Of a stretch of DNA of 64,000 bases, positions 11,982-25,182 are shown piece by piece. Numbering within the stretch: position 1 is the first letter of the stretch; each line of letters starts with the position of its first letter. Under the pieces are notes generated by a model, which was not told the origin of the DNA, ran no database searches, and worked only from the letters and a program-made list of their open reading frames with translations. Both the position numbers and the translations under genes were made by a program. This DNA comes from Vitrella brassicaformis CCMP3155 (taxonomy: Eukaryota > Protista > Chromerida), in contig CDMY01000358.1 in assembly GCA_001179505.1 (NCBI GenBank), forward strand, positions 1-64,000, read 5' to 3'.

Positions 11982-14527
11982 TTATGTCACACGGAGCACG
12001 AGCATCTCATCGGCCTTGTATGTGTCGTGTCCGGCCAGGAGGGCGGAGTTGTTGTATCCCCGCACCCCGCTATAGCCATCAGGCACGTCGGGGGCCTTGA
12101 TGAACTGCATCATCGAATCGAGACCAACGCTGCTCTGCAGACACACAGACAGACAGACAGACAGACAGACGGACAGGCAGGCAGGCAGCAGCAGCACACA
12201 TGAGAGACGGCGTGCAGTGGATCTGTCCATTTATCTCCCCTTAATTGCGTGGAGTCAGTCATGTGTACGTACATCGGTATCGTTGTCCGGCGTCCATCCG
12301 ATGCTGAGGTACTGCATGTAGGATATGACCAGGTGCGCGACGCCCCACCAAAGGGGCGCCCTAGCTGACCCACGACGTGACACAGACACGCCCTGCATGT
12401 TCACTGCACACACACACCAAAAAGCAGACACATCACATACATGACACACAGACAGACAGAAGGTCGTGTGAAGGTGCGCTCTCTATACCCACCGTCTCCG
12501 ATCGGCATTCTTGTGGGCGCATCGAAGTGGCCTTCGAGTGAGAAGAAGCACATCGGACAATCGAAGGCGATGTAGTCCTGTTCGACAGGATGCTCAGCAG
12601 GCAGCCGCAAACCGCAGTCCAGGAAGCAGCCGAAAGTGTAGCGGTCTTTCCATATCACCAACACCAGACCACCTACGTCAACACGTGAATGTACGTATCG
12701 CACTGCTGGGAGTCTACAATTAATCAATTCGCCACTTACACGTACCTGCGCCGTCGACGACTTTGTCGACAAAGTCGTCGTAAGACCAGGCTTCACTAGT
12801 GCCGCTGCAGTGCACGGCACACAAACGGATGTCTGTTGTTCGATGCTTGTACGCACGTACGTGTAGAGGAGCTGCAGCGACGTGCCTTGGCCAATCCAGT
12901 CCGTCAGCACAGCCTCCTGCTCAGCTGTCAGCATGGGTGTGGGGGACGCCTGCACATACACACGCAGAGCGGACGGATCGCGAAGCCGAGGCTTCAATTG
13001 AGGAATTGATGATGGCTGTTCGATGCAGGTAGGTAGGTATGCAAGCATCGGTTGCTCGCCTACTCACTGGTGTTGGTGGTGGCTGTGTGGTGACTGACGG
13101 ATCTGCATGGATACGCAAGATAATAAGCAAGACAAGACATATGATGTGCATTCTTTATTGCGCTCCCTGTACGATCGGATGGATGGCCACCCATGCACCT
13201 TAATTACCTTTCTCGACGCACTGAGGCACGCCTTTCTCAGCTCCCTCCTCGCGATGCACCTGCATATATGACACGGGCATGTGTGTAGGCAGGCGAATAG
13301 GCTTTTCACAGACACCCATAGAGTCGCACTGACTGTCGGCATGGGTGCATACCTGACAGTCATGATCCTGGGGGCATTCGTGGTCCAAACACAGACTCTC
13401 ACATCGCCCAAACGAGGTGCCGTCGTGATTTACGCAGGTTTCATTCCACAGACAATACGGGGACAGGTCGTTGCAATAAAGGCCTACACACACACACGCA
13501 CAAACGCAGATCCATCCCATCCACCCATGCCTCAACCTGTCTGTCGGGCGTCGGGCGTGAGGCGTGTGTTCACTACACTACGTGTGGATGTATGGCCATC
13601 CGACCTGGATCACAATCTCCTCCGTCGAACTCACACGCATAACTGTAGCACTCCAAGTCACACTCCTCGTCCTTCCAGTACCCCCTCTCACGACACACGC
13701 CATGACACGTCGACGGCATCTCAGCACCTGCAGGCATAACAAGACAGACAGGCCCGACACGGAGAACACTCATTCTTGCTGGCACCGATCGGCCCGCCAG
13801 CTAGGCACCTTACCTTTCTCGACGCACTTAGGCACGCCCTTCTCAGCTCCTTCCTCGCGATGCACCTGCATATATGACACGGGCATGAACGAATGAATGA
13901 ATGAATAGATTGCTTCTCACATATACACATACACACAAAGGCTGATTGGTTGTCTGTCGGTGTGCGTACATGACACTCGTGGTTTGGCTGTGAGCATTCA
14001 GTGCCCAGACATAGGCTCTCACATCGACCGTTGACACACGTTTCGTTCCACAGGCAGTAGGGGGACACATCATTACAAGAAGCCCCCTGCAGTGCACGCA
14101 CACACACCCCACGTATGGCGTGTGTTCACTACGTGTGAATGGACCATCATGGATGAAGTGAATGTGTCAAACTAGAAAAGCGAACGCATCATCGAGCGTC
14201 ATACCTGTGCAGTCTCCTCCGTCGAAGCCACACGCATAGTTGTTACACTCAAAGTCACAGAGGCCATCCTTCCAGTAGTTCTCCTCACGACACACACCGT
14301 CACACGTCGACGGCATCTCTGCAACAAGCAAAGCAAAGCACAACACTTGAGCCAGCCTGCTTTGTGATGTATCTTCCGGCTAGCTTGCCATCTGCCGATT
14401 CTTCGCCTTGCCTTCGCCTGACAGTGTGCCTGAGTGATCGGCTGGCCTTTCTCCTTCCCTCGGTGTACATGCTGAGCAACGCAGCCTCCATCAACAAGAA
14501 ACACGACCAGGTGGTGCCAGATCTCAT
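11982..14527 (-). CDS. Fusion protein: 2x (LNR/Notch repeat + EGF/follistatin-N-like Cys module), PT linker and C-terminal TLDc-like domain
   Basis: LNR repeats: CDGVCREENYWKDGLCDFECNNYACGFDGGDC and CHGVCRERGYWKDEECDLECYSYACEFDGGDC. Cys module: CNDLSPYCLWNETCV...RCESLCLDHECPQDHDCQVHREEGAEKGVPQCVEK. Phase-compatible splicing continues into DPSVTTQPPPTP|ASPTPMLTAEQEAVLTDWIG...LLY|TGTSEAWSYDDFVDKV...GGLVLVIWKDRYTFGCFL...FFSLEGHF...LAGHDTYKADEMLVLRVT-stop, which carries TLDc hallmarks. One join in module 1 is out of phase. Confidence 0.72.
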
Positions 14528-15276
14528 GCCTATCACACTTGACTGCGCCGACTACACCCAAAACGGGGAATAGACAGCGAGATCCTAGTGTGCCGGCGCT
14601 CCCTCGGCCCCATGAGCTTAGCTCGCGAACTGCGTCCCCAGTTTCCCTTCACTCCCGCCCCGAGTCCCCCAGCAGGATGCGAAGACCTATGGTATCGGCG
14701 CTGGGCATTTGCTGAAAACATCCATCCACTGGCAGGGACTCCGAGTTGCCTGCAGGCGGCACTGCACAGGCCAACAGGTCGGGTGTGCCCAACACCTGCA
14801 GCTTTATGCAATGGGAGGATAGGATGTCTTGTCTGTTGGTGACACCCACCCATTTGCACTGCCATGCATCCACCTTATATATATTGGGGTCTGTCTGTGC
14901 ACATTTGTTCGTTGTGTGTCGTGTCAGGATGGAGCACGTGGGCATCTCTTTCCCTGCTCTCTGTTTGGTCATTGCGCAGCTGCTGTGCTTTGTGCATGCG
15001 ACCGCCACGGGCATCTCATCGCAGTTGGCGAGATGGCGACGACCCCAACTGCAAGGTGTTGCGTGTGGAGGCGTTCACTCTGGTGGTGCCGCACCCGGCC
15101 GAGACGAGCGGCACCGACCTCCCTTACACATGGGTCGACACCGCACTCGGCAAGGACGAATAGCTCATATTCGATGGGGAGAGCCACCCCCCGGCACTCA
15201 AGCTGAGGTCGGCCGGAGTGAACAAAAGAAAGCACCTCACTGAGCACAAAGTGTGCATGTCCTGCCTGCCCTGCAG

Positions 15277-16061
15277 GGGTGACAAGCATTCGGGTCAGGT
15301 CATGTGGCTGACGTTCAACCATGGCTCCTACTTCATCACCCCCAAGATAGCCGCCGGTCGCCTGTGCCCCCTCCTGCTCGAAGACCCGCAGGCCTCCTTC
15401 TCTCTCTCCTTTCACATCGCCATCGACAAACCCCCCCAGCCGGGCGATATGTACACCCTTTTCCAACACGAGAGCGGCGTCCGCTTCGGCTTCATGACCG
15501 CCTATGACCACGACGGCGACCCCGACCCCGATCAGGTGTTCATCGGCTTTTTGCCGGCCGAGGGCATCCACAAACACACACCCAGAAGGTACAAGCAGCC
15601 GGCCGAGAATGCGACGAAGGGAATTGACACAGAGGCTCTTGAAGAGGAGGACAAAAAGAGGGCGGCCAAGGAGAGTGAGTCTGGGGCCGCAGAAGGAGAG
15701 GTGTCGCTGCTGCAGCAGCTGTGGCACCAGGAACCGACCCCCACCGACGACAGCAACAACAACAACAAGACGGACGCTGAGAAGGCTGCAGAGGAAGAGC
15801 AAGCCACTGTCGAGGCCGAGGAGATCATCAAGCTGCCGCCGACGGGCTACCAGCGGCCCGAGAGCATGATCCCCATCTGCTGGCGGCAGGCAGAGGGCAA
15901 CATCTACACACTGGCCGTGTCGGGGGGCACCTTCAGGCTCTACCGAATGGGTTTCCCTCTGATGGACCCCGCTCCCCTGCCGTACCTCACTGCCGACCTG
16001 CTGTCCCGGGCCGCCCCCATCACACTGGGGTGCGACATGCACGGCAGAAACTGCTTCAAGG
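15277..16061 (+). other. LamG/concanavalin-like domain exon within the giant gene
   Basis: Beta-rich segment SFSLSFHIAID...YTLFQHE...YTLAVSGGTFRLYRMG...ITLGCDMHGRNCFKG|SMRMF, resembling the LamG C-terminal IG...FxGxIxEV pattern, with an acidic low-complexity insert. Confidence 0.55.
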
Positions 16062-16389
16062 GTCGGTGGGTCACGCGAGAAGAAATCGGATTCGAATCCC
16101 CTCCCTGATCGCATTCATGTTTGTGGTGGGAAGTTTGGTGGCCTGGCCGCTGTGGGGTGTGTGTGTGGTTACTTCAGGCAGCATGCGGATGTTTCATTAC
16201 AGCAACATCGGCAACACTACAGCAGAATCAAATGAAGATGCCGTCGTCAACTTCTTCGATCTGCTCGGTCGGTCGGCGCTGCCCTGTGTGGCACCACAAG
16301 GAAGCAGGACAACGGCAGGCGTATACAGAACACAGACATTTGGTGTGTGTGTGTGTGTGCGTGAATGCACTGCAGCCTTGTCTCATCGT

Positions 16390-16469
16390 TGCGGCAATGG
16401 TCAAGTGGACAACGGTGTGGAGGAGTGTGACGTACAGGCGGACCCTGACGGGTGCTCGTGCAGCTGCAG
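16390..16469 (+). other. Myxococcus-type cysteine-rich repeat
   Basis: CGNGQVDNGVEECDVQADPDGCSCSC matches the CGxGx(4-5)xEECD motif. Confidence 0.65.
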
Positions 16470-18413
16470 AAGTGTGTAGCAATGCATCCACACACACACA
16501 CACACACACACATCTGATCTGTCCATTTGCTGTCCTCCCGTCCTGTGTGTGCAGTGAAGTGCCCCCCCTACTTTGGCCTGTTGCAGCAGCAAAATGTCGA
16601 GAAGCGGTGGCTGGCCTCCCTGCCAGACATCGTTGGGGCGCCCATCTCTGAAAAGTACCTGCACCGCGGCTTCGACCACAACAACAGGGTGTCACTGTAC
16701 TGCAAGAACGAGCGGACCCTGAACATCCAGGGCACACCAGGGCCCGACATAGTGACCTACCACGGCGACCTCCCCAATGGGATGGACATGGTCCTGTGCG
16801 GCCACCAGCGCTCGGGCAACTGGACCCCACCCACCATGGACTGCTGGCGTAAGCAAGCAGAAATTGATGTGATGGCTGCAAGTCACTCGTCTGTCTTGAT
16901 GCATCTCTACGTGTGTGGCTGTCTCATTCACTCATTCGGCAGAGGATTGCGATCCGACACAGGAGTCATGGTGGAATGACACCAATGTTGCGGGCGGCAG
17001 CAAGCTGCATCTGGTGGTGCCCCCGCGGCCCACGCGCATCCGGTCTGGCGAAATCATTCGGATGGAGTGCGCCCCCCACAACCCGGTTCCCAAGGGCATG
17101 GACACGTACGAGGTGCTCTTCTGCAACGACGGATTCATCGACCCACTCGGCCTGCCTTGCAAAAGTAAGTCAAGTCAGTGTATAACACACAGAAGACACA
17201 AAGCGACACACACAAGTACACTGCCGGCCGACCGATACGTTGTCTGTCTGCCACATAGGCACGTGCCCGCGAGACATCCTGATGCCGCCCTTCTACAAGC
17301 GTCCAGTGCTCGAGCGCAAGTATGTGGTTGAGGGTGAGGGCTACCAGGACCGGGCCAGGCGCATTGTGACGTGCAAGGACGGCTACGCTGCCGCCAAGGG
17401 CTCGCCATTCGAGAAGGGCGTGCAGGAGAGCGAGTGCATCGACGCAACTGGCAGAAGCTCCTGCTCGAATGCAGAGGTACCTCGACACCGCGGGGACGGA
17501 CCCCTGTACGTATGTGATGTGCGTGCAGGTATGTGTCCGCCGTTCCACATTCCCAGCGCGATAGCCCACCGGTATGTGACGGAGCCCCCGATGGGCCAGG
17601 AGGACCGGCGCTCGGGGGCCACCGTCACAGTCAGCTGTCTGGAGCCATTCAAGGTGCCCGAGGGGCAGTGGGAGCCCCAGACCGTCAGATGCACATGCTA
17701 CGGCACACCAGAGGAATGCGAAGACAATGACGAGCTCTGGCAGTGGTCAGGTCAGTCAGTGGATGACATGACATGACGGAACGAATCTACGTCTGTGTTG
17801 TGTGTCTCCACTCCATGTGTTGGTGTGGTCATGCCATGCCATCTTACAGACTTTTTGCTCGAGTGTGCGGGGAAGTGCCCGCCCTACAAGCCCGCCGAGG
17901 CGGGCTACCAAGTGCAGTACTTCAACGTGCCCGAGAACGTGTACGAGGTGACGAGCGTTGACTTCAACGAGCAGATAGGCCTGTCGTGTGACGTCTCCAA
18001 GGGGTACGGGCCGCACGTCAAGGCCGACAGGCAGGCAGGCAGAGATGCTCAAGTGCCTCGGAGACAAGTACACCATCAAGGGACTCGTCTGCTACAGTCA
18101 GACACACACACACCGCTACACACACCGCTACACACACCGGCCACTCACGTCACGTTTGGTGTATGTATCTGGTCTGGCAGGGCTGTGTTACCACCCGCCG
18201 GACATTCCTCCCGAGGGTTTCACAGTAGAGGTTCAGGGCGACCTGCAGGCGCCCTATCGGCACGGCAGCGAGCGGATCCTCACGTGCACCCAGGGGTACT
18301 CCGTGGAGGACGAGTCCAACATGCCCGCCAAAGACACTCTCCTCTGCAGCAACGGCATGTGGACAGAACGACAGCTCTCATGCAGAGGTAGGGACTCGGG
18401 GGGGGGGGGGGGG

Positions 18414-18713
18414 NNNNNNNNNNNNNNNNNNNNNNNNNNNNNNNNNNNNNNNNNNNNNNNNNNNNNNNNNNNNNNNNNNNNNNNNNNNNNNNNNNNNNNN
18501 NNNNNNNNNNNNNNNNNNNNNNNNNNNNNNNNNNNNNNNNNNNNNNNNNNNNNNNNNNNNNNNNNNNNNNNNNNNNNNNNNNNNNNNNNNNNNNNNNNNN
18601 NNNNNNNNNNNNNNNNNNNNNNNNNNNNNNNNNNNNNNNNNNNNNNNNNNNNNNNNNNNNNNNNNNNNNNNNNNNNNNNNNNNNNNNNNNNNNNNNNNNN
18701 NNNNNNNNNNNNN
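18414..18713. other. Assembly gap (300 N) within an intron of the sushi-Hint gene
   Basis: N run preceded by a long G tract; the flanking exons are phase-compatible. Confidence 0.99.
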
Positions 18714-21700
18714 GGGATGCAAGTGCTCCCTCGCCACACATGCCGCTGTCTTGTTCTGTTCTCTATCCATCAGCTGACTGCCCGGCGCCCGAGAGGGTCC
18801 CTCCGGCGTTCAAGACGATGCCGATGAGTCAGGATGAGTTGGCGGCCAAGCCCAAGCACAAGCACGGCGACGAGATCCGCGTGGTGTGCATCCAGGACGG
18901 CGAGGAGCAGGTGCTCAAATGCCAAGACGGCAAGTGATCCGAGCTGGCACTGCAGTGCCAAGGTCGGGGCGGTCAGTCGGCACGCAACACAAACAGGTGT
19001 GTGTCTCTGTGTCTTTCCGTTGACAGCAAACTGTCCGGTGTTGGCGCTTTCCCTGCCGCCCACACACAAGGGTGAGGCCCCTTTGACTGTGGAGGACGTC
19101 TACCGCGCCGAGCCGGACATCGCCTTGTCGTCGGAGATGAAGCACGCCAGCACAGTGGCCATCCGGTGCAACAGGGAGATGCACTTCCACACCGTCAGTG
19201 GCGGCAAGGAGGACACACTCACTTGCAACGACGGCAAATGGTCGCTACAAATGCTCGTCTGCGGCAGTAAGCCAGCCAGACAGCCAGCCAGCCAGCCGGG
19301 CAGGGGAGACAAGACAAGACAAGACACACAGAACAGACGGCATCACATGAACCCTGTTGGCTGCATCCATCCATCCATCAATCCATTTATCCATCAGGGG
19401 ACTGCCGCGAGCTGCCTTCGTACCTGATGAACGAGGCCTACATCATCACGTCGATCTCGGTGCGCGCCGCCACTCTCGACCCACACCACTTCCCAGAGAT
19501 CCGCAAGCTGCCCAGTGAGTCCGCCGAGCTCACAGTCACAGACGCCACCGAGCTGTCGGCCCTCATCAACGCGGGCAGCCACCCGCACGGCACCAAGGTC
19601 AATGTCAAGTGCAATGTGGAGCATGGCTATGTCCCCGGCAAGGGGTCCATTGAGGAGAGGGGGAGGGAGGAGACCTTCATGTGTGACAGGGGCATCTACT
19701 CGGACCTGCCCATCAGATGCCACAGTAAGTCCGGTGGTTAGAAACACGGACAGACACATCATGACGTGATTGGATCTTTGTGGTGTGCCCGTGACTCCGC
19801 TCCCAGGTCCGTGTGGCAAGCTGCCGCCCTTCACGCCGCACCCTGAGCTCTATCGGCTGCGCCCCATCCCGAACGGCACAGTGGATGACCCACGCAACAC
19901 GTGGCACGGCGCACAGATCGAGGTCAAGTGTGACAAGGCCCAGGGCGCCGTCGGCATATCCGAGGGATTCGACGGCGCTGTCACCGTCTGCACCAACGGC
20001 ACGTGGACGCCATTCCCACCACTTGTCAAATGCGAAAGTCAGCAGGGGAGCCACTGAGCGAAGGAGTTGAGTTACATAGACAGGAAGGATGTGTGTGTGT
20101 GTGTGTGTGTGTGTCGACGATCCATCCCATCCAGTTCCCTGCAAGACGTATGTGCCGCCCGAGGGCATGGTGGTGGTGAGCAAGCCCACCCCGAAGGCGC
20201 CAGTCCCGCACGGTACGCAGATAGTGGTCCGTTGTCTGACGGAGAAGGGCTACTACAACAACACGGGCAGCGGCGAGCAGAGCACGGTCATGTGCAGCAA
20301 CGGAGAATACACCACCAGCGGACTCTTCTGCCACCGTACGTAATGCATTCAATGCCAGCTCCCCCAACACACACACCCGACCCACACGTCTTCCTTCTCC
20401 TTTCTCAGGTCAGTGCAAGGATCTGCAGACGGTGTTGGATCCGGTCCGCTACAACTACAGGATCGTCGAGTCGCTCGATGACATCGACAACCAGACGGCA
20501 TGCTCGGGACACTCTGTGGACGTCTTCAGGCAGGCGGAGACCCGCGAGGCTCAGCTCGCTCTCAGCGCATACCCCAGACATGGATCCTGCGTCAAATTCG
20601 GGTGCGTCCACACCACCACCATACGAACGAATATATGTCACTCTTGTGTGTGTGTGTGTGCGTGTGTGCATTGCAGGTGCCGCACGTCGTTTAGTCCAGA
20701 CGTGGCCCCCCATTTCTGGCGTCGCATGTCGTGTGGGCGGCCGTCGAAGGGCCCCGATGGCTGGAAGACAGACAACTTCGGCACGCCCGACTGCGACGCC
20801 CTCAGGTGTGTCGACGGATACTGGACACCGCCAGCCTTCCAGTGTGTCGGTACGCTACCCAACCAAACCAACCACAGACACACAAAGGATGGGAAGAGCC
20901 TGCCGATGAGAGGTGTGTATGTGTCTGTCTGCAGCGACGTGCAGCGATCCGTTTGAGCATCGGCAGCCGCCCCACGGTGTGGTGCTGGTCAATGTTCGCG
21001 AGACCAAGGAGACCTACAGCAATGGAGACACCATCAAAGTCACTTGCCAAGGTGACCCAGCCAGGGAGGGACGGAGGGAGGGAGGGACACGCACCTCAAA
21101 CATACACACACACACCCATAGCTCTCTACCTGTACGTTTGTGTGTGGCATTGGCCTGCCTGCCTGCCACTTGGGGGTATGGTGTGCAGTGGCTGACAATC
21201 CCTTCGAGAGCTTCACGGCCATATCCCCGGACCCGCCAGGCAAAGTCCAGACACTCACCTGCACCGACGGCGCATTCCCACACGTCTCCATCCAGTGCAG
21301 AAGTATGTATGTCACCGCACAGACACACACAGAGACTCACTCATACACGCACTCGTGTACATCTATCTGGTTGTTCATTCAGAGCGCTGTTTGCCTTACC
21401 ATTCGCCCTACGGGCAGGAGGGCCATGTGATCAGCCACACCAAGGCGCACGTCCCCCCGACGGTTAATGTGGACCAGATCGGCCTCGAGTACATCGACAA
21501 CCCCCGCAAGATGCAGTCGGCCCTCGACGGCGTCATCGAGCACTTCAGCCACGGCAGCAGGAGGTACATCACCTGTGCAGCCGAATGGAGCGACCCCGAC
21601 TGGCACGCCAGCACTGGCGACGTGGTGGCCTGCCAAGACGGAAAGTGGACCAGACAAGAAATCAAATGCAGAAGTCAGTAAGCCGACCGACCGAACCGAC

Positions 21701-24700
21701 ACAGAAGAAAACATTACCCAAATCCCTCTTTCTGTTGGCTGGCATTCCGTTCATTCATTCAGGGCAGTGCAAGTCGACGGCATTCTACCCCCTGGACTCC
21801 ACATATTACAGGGTGACCTACCTCGGCCACGAGCACGTTGACGAGTCATATCACCGGACCATCCCCTCGACGAGCGAGGCCGAGGCGCCCCTCTACCCCC
21901 CCACCCCCCGGGCAGCCCTTTCGTACGCAAGTCGGGCGACAATTATGACGACGGCGATATGATCAAAGTCGAGTGCATCAACAGCGACTACCCCACGGAG
22001 CGTCCGCAGATGCAGGCCGATGGACAGCTTGATTTGCCCTTCTGCGACAAGGACAACAAGTACTGTGTCGTTCGCTGCAACGACGGCGTCTGGACGCAAC
22101 TGCGCGTGTCGTGCCATGGTCAGTCTGACCACAGACAGACAGAGAAAGATAGATACAGACAGCACATATTGATGACCCCGCTGCGGTGCGGTGTGTATGT
22201 CAGCTCGTTGCCCTGCATTTGTGCCCCCCCAACGCGAGAGGATGGTGTGCGAGCCGGCCATGTTCTGCAAAAAGGAACAAAACCTCACCGACGTCAGTCA
22301 GCATACAGGCCAGGCCGAAGCCGCAAGCCTATCCCATTTGGTTGCTGTGCGTTTCTCTCACTCACCGACAGGACGAGAAGGTGAACCGCTACTACGCGAT
22401 GTCGACCAGGGAGACGGGCGATCGGATCTACCGGCATGGTTCGGCGCTGCGTCTGCGGTGCAAGGAGGAGTACGAGCCGCACCCCTTCCCTCAGGAGGAA
22501 GAAATCAAGTGCAGGGACGGCAGGTGGTCCATACCCACCCTTCAATGCTTCAGTCAGCCAGCAACCTTCACACCCCCTCACACCCCCAGATACAGACAGA
22601 TCTCGGTCTGTCTCTTTCACACCCTTTTGTGTGTCATCCAGCGCCCTGCCGTGAAGAGTTCAATCTGCAGAAGGCGCGCATCAATGAGGACACGCGGCGG
22701 TACGAGGCACAGGAGGCCTCAGACAACCCCATCACCGAGACACAGGAGCTGGCCGAGCTGCGGGCCATCGACAAAGGGCCGCCGAGGGAGCTCAAGGACG
22801 TCAAGTCGTCTCTCTTTGCGGACGAGTACGAGCCGCCCAAGGGCAGCAAGGCGGTGCCTCTGTACCTGCACGGGTTCCGCTATGTGATCCGGTGCAACAC
22901 TGACATGGACGTGACGTCAATCGTCAAACAGCCCTTCGACTTCGCCACCTGCTGGGACGGACAGTGGACGGATACCTCAATCTACTGCAAAAATACACAC
23001 ACATACACACGCCCACCAACGTGTGTGTCCACACAGGCCATCTCCCGATCTTTGTATGCGCCTCTCTCTCATCTCAGAGAGCTGCGGTGATCCGGTCAAG
23101 ATGCTGATCCCGACTCTTGAGAAGCCCCATGCGTATGTGATAGAGGCGAGCGGCACCACACACGGCAGCGTCGCCCACGTCACTTGTGCTGAGGGCTTCT
23201 CGCCCGGCGCGGGATATGAGCCGGAGAGGATCGAATGCAACGACGGCCCATGGTGGCCGCCCGCCCTCAGATGCGACCGTCGGCAAACATGCTACACATA
23301 GATAGAGAAGGAAACACATATACAGAGAGAGAGGCGATCGATGCACATCGATGTCGTCCGTCGTGTGCGCATGTATGTGTGTCGTGTCAGCGCACTGCCC
23401 GCCGTATTACGAGTTTCTGAAGGAGAACGATCCCTTGGCGCTTGACGACTCGCGCTACGTGGTGGAGGGATACCATGGGGTGGACATCGTCGGCTCAGCA
23501 TTCAACATCACCTGCCACATATTCACCTCACCCGTACTCAACCAAGCGACCAGTGAATGCACTGGTCCTGAGTGAATGCATGTTGGATGTTGTGTGGTTC
23601 AGGGTCAGCTGGACCCCCTCCCCTCTGGTGTGCCAGGCCCCAAGGCCCGTCAGGAGATCCGCTGTGCGGGCGGCAGGTGGACCGCCAGGGAGCTCAACTG
23701 CTACCGTACGTCACGATCAACCAGCCATGCACACACACAGAGACAGAGAGAGACACACGCCGACAACGCGCCCGCCGGCTCCACAGACAGTGCTGTCTGT
23801 CAATGGCTGGATATTTGTATGTCCGTCAGGCAGCTGCCCCGAGTATGCGCCCGAGAATGAGGTCGAGACGGACGTCATGTTCGGCCCCGCCCACATTGTG
23901 CTCGACGCGGGGGTCGGCCGCGTGCACATTCCCAGCATGGCCGACAGCCTCTTCGCCTCGGTCCAGCACGGAGCCAAAAGGACCCTCAAGTGCTGTGTGG
24001 CGGGCGAGAAGGTGCTGCAGGGGGACGACCCCAATAGGCCAACCACCGAATGCACGTGAGTAAACAATGTTGGGGGGAAAGGAGGGCTGTGTGGGTGAGT
24101 GTTCTGTGGACATGTGCATATGATTCGTGGTCTTCAGGTGGAACTGGGCGACGATCGACAATGAGGGCCCGAAGGAGGCCGTGTCTCAGTGCTCTGACGG
24201 CACATGGACCAAGCCTGACATCGAATGCAGACGTATACACACACAGACTCCATATGTATATATCTCTCTACCTGTCTGTCTGTCTGTCTGTCTGTGTATG
24301 CAATTGAATTATGCATGCTGCATGCATAGCCATGTGCACCCCTCTGGGCGACGAGTACCAGTTTTTCGAGGGGTCTGAGGCCTACAACACGAGCAAGGGC
24401 GCTACGGCAGGCAAGGTCGAGAGCGGGCTCATCTACCCGGGATACTCGGCTCATGTTCGGTGCAAGGAGGGGTACCTGCCTGAGCCACAGCAGGGCAAGT
24501 GGAACAGCAGGCCGGCCGCAAAGGTCACCTGCTCGGGGGGCTTCTTCACCAACATGCCGTTCGTCTGCTACAGTAAGTGAGCATGGCACCGTGACCACAG
24601 ACAACGAGACAGACACAGGTATGTATCAACATCCCCCCGGGGGCCTCCCCTCCTGTGTGCTTTTATCTATCTATCTACACAACAACAGAGGAGTGTCCCT

Positions 24701-25182
24701 TCCCGACGTCCATCGAGGGCGACTCCCACACCCGCTTCAACCTCGACGCAGTGGCCCGCCAGAACGAGGACGCCACGAGTGCGGCTGACCTCAGATCTCT
24801 GTGGCACAAGAACCCGTGGCTGAGACGGCACGGCAGCGTGTTTTATGCCTTCTGCTGGTCGGGCAGCCGCGCAGAGCCCCTGAAGGCCCAGCTCACGGGC
24901 AAGCAGGACATGGGCAACCGATACGTGAGGGACAAGTACAAGTGGTTCTGGAGTAGGGGACACCACACCGACCCTGTGGCAGAGAGGACCTATGCTGGGG
25001 ACACGGCCTTCGACCACAAGCGGTTCCAGTGCCTGTACGGCAAATGGGTGCCGCGAACACCGCCCTACATGAAGTGTGTCGAGTCCTACTACCAGTGGCG
25101 CAGGCCCGAGCCGCGGAAGCCGCCCCCTCCTCCCCCCCCACCGCCCAAGAAGCCGCCCTCCAGGCCACCCCCACCAAAGGCA

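Noticed and set aside
18935-18937. TGA at a conserved Trp suggesting a TGA=Trp or Sec genetic code
   Set aside because: RPL26 and LIG1 end in TGA, conserved genes use TGG for Trp, and the same gene has TAG, frameshifts and a dead donor. A nonsense mutation is the simpler explanation.
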